Assembly: GCA_031553685.1 (NCBI GenBank)
Contig: JAVBLE010000033.1
Location: 1-43,412 of the forward strand
DNA: 43,412 nt
Reading direction: 5' to 3'
DNA from: Paludibacteraceae bacterium
Lineage (GTDB): Bacteria; Bacteroidota; Bacteroidia; Bacteroidales; Paludibacteraceae
Positions 37,611 to 43,412 of this stretch are shown here, in pieces (position 1 is the first letter of the stretch; the number at the start of each line of letters is the position of its first letter). A program made the translations under genes and the position numbers. The notes under the pieces are model-generated. The model was not told where the DNA came from, did no database searches, and worked only from the letters and a program-made list of their open reading frames with translations.

Positions 37611-37695
37611 CGAGAAACGAGAAAATCTATACTAAATTAACAGTACCTTTGAATTAAATAGTAAATAGTCAATCGTTCAATTGTAAATAAAGAAG

Positions 37696-38397
37696 ATGTT
37701 GGTTAAAATATCAGATATCAACCTATACTATCAAATAAGCGGTTCCGGAGAGCCGCTTATTTTGCTTCATGGCAATGGTGAAGACTCGTTTATCTTTGAA
37801 AAACAGATTGAATATTTTTCAAAGAAATATCAGGTAATAGCCATTGACACCCGTGCTCATGGGCAAACGGAACGAGGCGCTAAACCCTTCACTTTCGATA
37901 CCTTTGCCGACGATGTAATTGGCTTAATGGATTCGTTGCAAATAGAAAAAGCCCATATATTAGGCTTTTCGGATGGAGGAAACACAGCGTTGCATATTGC
38001 GTTGAAATATCCGCAGCGGATAAAGTCGCTTATCCTTGTTGGCGCCAATCTTTTCCTGTCAGGAATGAAATTCACAATTCGAACAATTATTTCACTCAAT
38101 TACCTTTGGCTTTGCGTTAGTTCACTTTTCAATCAAGAAATAAAACAAAAGAAAGAAATTTGGTCACTCATGGTTTTTCAACCACAACTCTCGTTTCGGC
38201 AAATATCAGCCATACAAAATCCCACCTTAATTTTAGTTGGTGAGCACGATATGATAAAAGAAAGCCACAGCCGGAAAATGGCTGCGGCAATGCCCAATGC
38301 TCAACTCCAAATCTTGTCTGATGCGAATCATTTTTTACTGTTCGAGCAGACAGAAAGGGCGAATGGATTGATTGATAATTTTTTGTGTTTGCAGTAG
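37696..38397 (+). CDS. Alpha/beta hydrolase fold protein
   Basis: LILLHGNGEDSF, nucleophile elbow GFSDGG, and a C-terminal His region. Confidence 0.72.
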   Translation: MLVKISDINLYYQISGSGEPLILLHGNGEDSFIFEKQIEYFSKKYQVIAIDTRAHGQTERGAKPFTFDTFADDVIGLMDSLQIEKAHILGFSDGGNTALHIALKYPQRIKSLILVGANLFLSGMKFTIRTIISLNYLWLCVSSLFNQEIKQKKEIWSLMVFQPQLSFRQISAIQNPTLILVGEHDMIKESHSRKMAAAMPNAQLQILSDANHFLLFEQTERANGLIDNFLCLQ

Positions 38398-38425
38398 GGA
38401 CAAGTCGCGACTTGTCCTTACCATA

Positions 38426-39748
38426 TTACAACAAATTACTAGCCAACTCTGACAAATGGCTTCGTTCGCCCTTAATCAAATTCACATGCGCAAAAATATC
38501 CTGACCCTTCATGCGGTCAATCATATACACCAATCCGTTCGATTGCGCATCTAAATAAGGCGAGTCAATCTGCTGAATATCCCCTGTAAACACAATTTTA
38601 GTGCCTTCGCCTGCGCGGGTAATAATCGTTTTCACTTCGTGTGGCGTGAGGTTTTGCGCTTCGTCCACAATAAAGTAAGTCTCGCTCAGGCTCCGACCGC
38701 GGATAAACGCCAATGCCTCGATGATTAGCTGGTTGTTCTTTTGCAGTTCCTCAATTACGCGCACCTCTTTGCCCTGGTACGAAAGGCTGTGTTTAATCAC
38801 TGCCAGATTATCGAACAATGGTTGCATATACGGCGAAATCTTTTCTTGCGTGTCGCCGGGCAGGTATCCCAAATCCTTATTCCCCAACGCTACAATCGGG
38901 CGAGCCAGCAAAATCTGCTTATAACTCTCATATTTGCCCAACGCAGCTGCCAGCGCCAACAGCGTCTTACCCGTACCCGCACGCCCTGTAAGCGCCACCA
39001 GTTTAATCTCGTCGTCCAACAACACATTCATGGCAAAACTCTGTTCGGCATTCCGCGCCTCAATTCCAAACACCCGTTCTTTCTCAATGCGCTGCACCCT
39101 GTCGTCAAACGGATTATAGCGGCACATCACACTCGCACGGTTGCTCTTCAAAATAAAACACTGGTTCGGGTCAACATGTTCCTTAAGCCCCACATCGTCG
39201 AGCGGAATCCCCTCAATCGACGCATACAATCGATCTACCACCTCCGGAAGCACATCGTCAAAAGTAACCTGCGACTTCTCGAAAATATCCATATTCGTAA
39301 CCTTGTCCGAAATATAATCCTCAGCCGTAATGCCGAGCGATTTAGATTTGAGCCGCAAGTTAATATCCTTCGTTACCAAAATCGTTTTTCCCTTCAACTT
39401 CTTTTGCAAAGTCATTGCCACCCCCAAAATCCGGTGATCAGGAATTCTCTCTCCAAAAGCCTTAACCAACTCCTCCGGATATTCCTCGTGTGTTACCACA
39501 AACAATTTTCCCAGTCCCACACCCAATTTCGCACCCTTCTCAAACAAATCGTTATCGGCAATCAAATCCATATCACGGGCAAACTCGCGCGCATTAAAAT
39601 TAATCTGTTCGTTCCCCTTTTTAAACTTATCCAGCTCCTCCAGCACCACAATCGGGATATAAATATCATTCTCTTCAAAATTATAAATACATTTGTGGTC
39701 GTGTAAAATCACATTCGTATCCAACACAAAATTCTTTTTTGCACCCAT
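38426..39748 (-). CDS. PhoH-like ATPase with N-terminal PIN domain
   Basis: ATG at 39748 gives MGAKKNFVLDTNVILHD (PIN). Walker A GRAGTGKT and the PhoH C-terminal region. The TTG extension to 39868 is unlikely. Confidence 0.85.
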   Translation of the reverse strand: MGAKKNFVLDTNVILHDHKCIYNFEENDIYIPIVVLEELDKFKKGNEQINFNAREFARDMDLIADNDLFEKGAKLGVGLGKLFVVTHEEYPEELVKAFGERIPDHRILGVAMTLQKKLKGKTILVTKDINLRLKSKSLGITAEDYISDKVTNMDIFEKSQVTFDDVLPEVVDRLYASIEGIPLDDVGLKEHVDPNQCFILKSNRASVMCRYNPFDDRVQRIEKERVFGIEARNAEQSFAMNVLLDDEIKLVALTGRAGTGKTLLALAAALGKYESYKQILLARPIVALGNKDLGYLPGDTQEKISPYMQPLFDNLAVIKHSLSYQGKEVRVIEELQKNNQLIIEALAFIRGRSLSETYFIVDEAQNLTPHEVKTIITRAGEGTKIVFTGDIQQIDSPYLDAQSNGLVYMIDRMKGQDIFAHVNLIKGERSHLSELASNLL

Positions 39749-39875
39749 AACTAAATAATTAAGAATTAAAAAATAGCAATTACTTTTGTAAATGTAATCT
39801 TTTTTCGCAAACAATCCCCAAAATATTATTAACAAACACAAAAACCTTGAACTTTGAATCTTGAACAATAAATAC

Positions 39876-39956
39876 TTGGGCGTGCCCCCTCAAAGCCCTA
39901 TTTTGGAAAACATACCAATACAGCTCGGGGTCGGGCTATCCGCTGTACTCCTCGCC
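39876..39956. repeat. GC-rich repeat family 2, copy C
   Basis: TTGGGCGTGCCCCC...CCCTATTTTGGA...CGGGGTCGGGCTATCCGCTGTACTCCTCGCC; upstream of the minus-strand PhoH gene. Confidence 0.55.
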
Positions 39957-40054
39957 ACCTACAATTCTTATCACACAAAGGGAAGCAAAACCGTAGTTAG
40001 CCCCTCTCCTGTGGAGAGGGGTTGGGGAGAGGTGGCTGCGGGATGTCGCTACAA

Positions 40055-40183
40055 TAGCGAAGCATCACGAACACCAAAAATAATTATCTGTGAGTAATAG
40101 CGAAGCATCACGAACACCAAAAATAATTATCTGTGAGTAATAGCGAAGCATCACGAACACCAAAAATAATTATCTGTGAGTAA
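40055..40183. repeat. Perfect 3 x 43-bp tandem repeat (TAGCGAAGCATCACGAACACCAAAAATAATTATCTGTGAGTAA)
   Basis: Read directly; units at 40055, 40098 and 40141. Confidence 0.9.
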
Positions 40184-40400
40184 TCCCTCACGCAACGCGG
40201 ATAACCGGCAGTTATCCCGTTGAAGAACAGGTGCAGCGCACCGTAATATAAGTGTGTCGGTACTCTGTACCTCAATTTCTTATGCTGATATAATAGCTAC
40301 AAAGATTGCGGTGCTCTGCACCTGAATGACAAACAATAAAACAACTTTAAATAAAATCACTCCCTTTAACCAAAAACGGGGAGGGGTTAATTAAAACAAC

Positions 40401-41669
40401 ATGAACTATCCCGAAACCCTGCAATACCTCTACTCCCGCCTGCCCCTGTTTCAGCGCGAAGGAGCCGCTGCCTATAAACCAGGACTTGACAATACCTTTA
40501 AGTTAGATAACCATTTAGGAAATCCACACCGGCAATATAAAACCATCCATATAGCAGGCACCAACGGCAAGGGCTCTGTATCGCACCTCTTAGCCTCCGT
40601 GCTGCAACATGCCGGATATAAAGTAGGGCTTTACACATCGCCCCACCTTAAAGACTTTCGCGAGCGTATACGCGTCAACGGAATACCTGTATCCGAACAA
40701 TATATATGTGATTTCACAGAACAAAATAAAATTCTTTTCGAAGAAATAAACCCCTCCTTTTTCGAAGCCACCATGTGCATGGCATTCTGTTATTTTGCCG
40801 ATCAAAAGGTAGATATAGCCGTTATTGAAACAGGCTTGGGTGGACGGCTCGACAGCACCAATATCATTCAACCCATATTAAGCATTATAACCAATATCAG
40901 TTTCGACCATACCGCATTTCTGGGCGATACGCTCGCAGCCATTACCTCCGAAAAAGCAGGAATCATAAAACCACATACACCGGTTGTTGTGGGAGAGACA
41001 ACTCCCGAAACAAGACCTGTTTTCCTGCAGAAAGCTATCCAAGAAAATGCACCCATACATTTTGCCGAAGAAGAAATCTCCGCAGAACTAATAGAAGCCC
41101 AAGCCGGCAAGCAAACCTATAACTGTACCGGCTATCCAAACCTAACCATCGGCTTAGGTGGAATCTATCAGGAGAAAAACATAAAGACCGCTCTTGCTGC
41201 CATCGCTCAATTACAAAAAATAATTACTATTAATAATAGTGCTGTATATCAAGGCTTCGAAACCGTAACCCAAACTACCGGTTTGCAAGGTCGCTGGCAA
41301 CAACTCAGCGGAAATCCTACTGTCATTTGTGACACCGGACACAACGAAGCCGGCATTCGCTACATCGTACAACAACTCAAACAACAATCATACAACCACC
41401 TGCGCATCGTACTCGGCGTAGTCAATGACAAAGATATACAAGCCATGCTTTCGTTACTTCCCGCCGAAGCAACCTATTATTTTTGCCGCGCCGATATTCC
41501 CCGCGCTCTTCCTGCCGAAGAACTGCAACAGCAAGCTGCCGGATTCGGATTACAAGGAAAAGCCTATCCAAGCGTAGCCCAAGCTTTACAGCAAGCCAAA
41601 CTCGAAGCTGCTGCCGATGATTTTATCTTTGTCGGTGGGAGTACCTTTGTGGTGGCGGAGGTGGTGTGA
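40401..41669 (+). CDS. folC: Bifunctional folylpolyglutamate synthase / dihydrofolate synthase
   Basis: Mur-ligase P-loop GTNGKGS and the FolC motifs ETGLGGRLD and ITNISFDH. Confidence 0.9.
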   Translation: MNYPETLQYLYSRLPLFQREGAAAYKPGLDNTFKLDNHLGNPHRQYKTIHIAGTNGKGSVSHLLASVLQHAGYKVGLYTSPHLKDFRERIRVNGIPVSEQYICDFTEQNKILFEEINPSFFEATMCMAFCYFADQKVDIAVIETGLGGRLDSTNIIQPILSIITNISFDHTAFLGDTLAAITSEKAGIIKPHTPVVVGETTPETRPVFLQKAIQENAPIHFAEEEISAELIEAQAGKQTYNCTGYPNLTIGLGGIYQEKNIKTALAAIAQLQKIITINNSAVYQGFETVTQTTGLQGRWQQLSGNPTVICDTGHNEAGIRYIVQQLKQQSYNHLRIVLGVVNDKDIQAMLSLLPAEATYYFCRADIPRALPAEELQQQAAGFGLQGKAYPSVAQALQQAKLEAAADDFIFVGGSTFVVAEVV

Positions 41670-41709
41670 AGAGTTTTTGGTGTTTTACCGGTAATGAAAA
41701 AAATGCTAA

Positions 41710-41740
41710 GTCAGGGCTTCACTCAAAGTGAAGCCCTGAC
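41710..41740 (+). terminator. Hairpin GTCAGGGCTTCACTCAAAGTGAAGCCCTGAC after folC (copy of 6871-6901 in opposite orientation)
   Basis: 12-bp perfect stem, followed by TGTTTAAAAAAAA, which is not a canonical T-run. Confidence 0.45.
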
Positions 41741-41972
41741 TGTTTAAAAAAAACTGTTTTAATTTTATTGATAATTAATAAATATTTTTTACATTTGCGC
41801 ACATTAATTAAGTATTCAAAATATTGAAGCACGCCACACATATTATCTCTTTACCTTGTGTTTTTAACTAAAATAACTTGCACGCTTCACAATCTCTTTA
41901 AACTATACACTTATAAATCTCACAGCATTTTTTATTTGTAAAATTTTAATAACAATTTAAATTATATTCAAA

Positions 41973-42854
41973 ATGACAAAAGACAATTTCTTTAGAATTT
42001 GGTTGCTTATCAGTTTAGGTTTCGTATGCGCAGCATTTACCGCTTGTAAAGATGATGAAACTATAGTAGAAAGTATTAGTTTAAACAAAAGCACGATGGA
42101 GCTTTCTATCGGTGAGTTTGAAACTTTGGTGGCTTCTGTTTTGCCTACCGATGCTACAGACAAAACCGTAACATGGAGTAGCAAGAATGCCAATGCAACT
42201 GTAGATGCCACTGGTAAAGTAACAGCCATAGCCGCAGGCACAGCTGTAATTACTGCTCAGGCAGGTGGTAAAAGTGCTACCTGTACTGTTACGATAATCG
42301 ATCCTGCGCTATTAAATGATGCTGGTGCAGTCATAAACGGTGTGCGCTGGGCAACACGCAATGTAGATGCTGTTGGTACTTTTGCTGCTACCGCTGAAAG
42401 CTCCGGTATGTATTTTCAATGGAACCGTAAAAAGGCATGGAGTGGCAAAGTCAACACATCCATTGTAATCAGTACATGGGATGCTACCATATCTGATGGT
42501 ATGAAATGGGAAAAGACTAACGACCCATCTCCTGTCGGTTGGCGCATCCCTACTCCTGCCGAAATCGAGTCTTTGCTTGATGAAACCAAAGTAACGAGAG
42601 CTTGGGACGCCACCCAAAAGGGCTATACATTTACCGATAAAACTACTAATGCCTCCATTTTCCTTTATGCTGCGGGCTACATCAGTAGTGACCTTCGCAT
42701 ACCCGATAATGAATACATACGCGGCTATTATTGGAGTAATACAAGGGCAGATGACTCTAGTGCATACGGTTTGCTCTTTGGTAATAATCCGTATGCAGTC
42801 AGTAGTACACACGGTTGTAAAAATGGTCGGTCAATACGCTGCGTGGCAGAATAA
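41973..42854 (+). CDS. Lipoprotein with Big_2 Ig-like domain and Fibrobacter succinogenes major paralogous (FISUMP) domain
   Basis: Lipobox LGFVCAAFTAC. Big_2 region DKTVTWSSKNANATVDATGKVTAIAAG. FISUMP motifs INGVRWATRNVD, GWRIPTPAEIESL, GYYWSNT and GRSIRCV. Confidence 0.75.
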   Translation: MTKDNFFRIWLLISLGFVCAAFTACKDDETIVESISLNKSTMELSIGEFETLVASVLPTDATDKTVTWSSKNANATVDATGKVTAIAAGTAVITAQAGGKSATCTVTIIDPALLNDAGAVINGVRWATRNVDAVGTFAATAESSGMYFQWNRKKAWSGKVNTSIVISTWDATISDGMKWEKTNDPSPVGWRIPTPAEIESLLDETKVTRAWDATQKGYTFTDKTTNASIFLYAAGYISSDLRIPDNEYIRGYYWSNTRADDSSAYGLLFGNNPYAVSSTHGCKNGRSIRCVAE

Positions 42855-42873
42855 TTTGACTATTTAAAAATGT

Positions 42874-42961
42874 CTGAACCATGATTTTTAAAGATTTATA
42901 GGATTGTCAATACTATAATACTTGGCAATCTTGATAAGCCTACGAAAATCATGGTTCAGAC
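42874..42961. repeat. 88-bp hairpin element (17-bp inverted repeats GTCTGAACCATGATTTT / AAAATCATGGTTCAGAC) preceding tandem array 2
   Basis: Read directly. Confidence 0.5.
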
Positions 42962-42980
42962 TTCTTGCAATATCGGAGCT

Positions 42981-43220
42981 TTTACCCATTCCGCAATGCG
43001 GAAACCCTAAAACCTCAAAGTAAAACCCTTTCGCCGTTAGCGAAGACCTAAAACCCGAAACATTTACCCATTCGCCAATAGCGGAAGCAAAAAAGCACAA
43101 GAATTTACCCCTCCGCTAATGGCGAAAGCATAAAACCTCAAACTTTTACTCCTCCGCCAAAAGCGGAAGAGGAAAACCACAAAGGTTAAACCTTTCGCCA
43201 AAAGCGAAGACGAAAAAGCG
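42981..43220. repeat. Tandem array 2: six units of about 41 bp, each TTTACCC-[CGC-loop-GCG hairpin]-AAAACC
   Basis: Units start at 42981, 43021, 43063, 43104, 43144 and 43186. Hairpins are CCGCAATGCGG, CGCCGTTAGCG, CGCCAATAGCG, CCGCTAATGGCG, CCGCCAAAAGCGG and CGCCAAAAGCG. The architecture parallels array 1 at 6934-7222. Confidence 0.6.
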
Positions 43221-43412
43221 TTACAGTTTAGAAGAAACGGCATTGCATAGCCCTTTGCGTTAGCTTGGAGAATAAAAAATAAAATGATTATCCGCTATTT
43301 TACCCCCAACCCCCTAAAGGGGGCTCGCAATCAACAACAGACTGTTTGTGTTGGGTAAGTCCCCTTTAGGGGATTTAGGGGTGGTTGGAAGCATCTTCTT
43401 AGAAATTAGGGG

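Noticed and set aside
38741-39706. 321-aa plus-strand ORF inside the PhoH/PIN gene
   Set aside because: Antisense to a gene with clear Walker A and PIN motifs. Its composition is basic and repetitive, typical of a shadow ORF.
39749-39868. N-terminal extension of the PhoH gene to 39868 (MFKIQSS...)
   Set aside because: It starts with TTG and is hydrophobic and low-complexity. The canonical PIN N-terminus begins at the ATG at 39748.
39861-40097. ORF 39861..40097 across the repeat family 2 copy and the tandem repeats
   Set aside because: It consists of repeat sequence, with no coding signal.
1-43412. tRNA, rRNA or other canonical RNA genes
   Set aside because: No cloverleaf-compatible segment or rRNA-like conserved stretch was recognised by eye. 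A tRNAscan/Infernal run would be needed to be sure.

Overview
The window looks like a Bacteroidetes chromosomal segment. Supporting this are a T9SS-type C-terminal sorting domain on a cupredoxin, a Big_2/Fibrobacter-type paralogous domain lipoprotein, and an AT-rich background with GC-rich repeat islands. Housekeeping genes are clear: aconitate hydratase, alaS, fmt, ybeY, a RelA/SpoT (p)ppGpp enzyme, lptB, folC, an M23 peptidase, a PhoH/PIN ATPase, an amino-acid permease and an Na+/H+ antiporter. Between them sits an unusually dense set of small palindromic repeat families. (1) A REP element (32-bp perfect palindrome CCGTAGGGGCGTTGCATGCAACGCCCCTACGG) in four copies flanks, and even lies inside, a REP-associated tyrosine transposase (RAYT) gene, with one copy in-frame in ybeY. 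(2) A double or triple hairpin element of about 65 bp is inserted in-frame in alaS, with a second intergenic copy. (3) Two arrays of roughly 41-bp tandem hairpin repeats are each preceded by terminal inverted-repeat hairpins. (4) MITE-like long-hairpin elements carry TTTACACAGAG termini. (5) A GC-rich roughly 80-120-bp repeat family lies upstream of three minus-strand genes. (6) A 357-bp nested palindrome sits upstream of an SPFH-SHOCT gene. The most interesting locus is an AT-rich accessory island at roughly 25.1-32.4 kb, bounded by radC and a frameshifted IS1595-like transposase. It contains a divergently transcribed wHTH-WYL (BrxR/CapW-like) regulator and a translationally coupled three-gene minus-strand operon: a BspA-type LRR plus coiled-coil protein, a pseudo-receiver protein, and a REC plus C-terminal RNxxxH (HEPN-like) protein. 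Both promoters share a 51-bp direct repeat, and a 48-aa highly acidic peptide gene lies between the repeats. I interpret this as a candidate, apparently undescribed, WYL-regulated defence or abortive-infection-like system. All domain calls rest on motif recognition by eye; no database searches were run.
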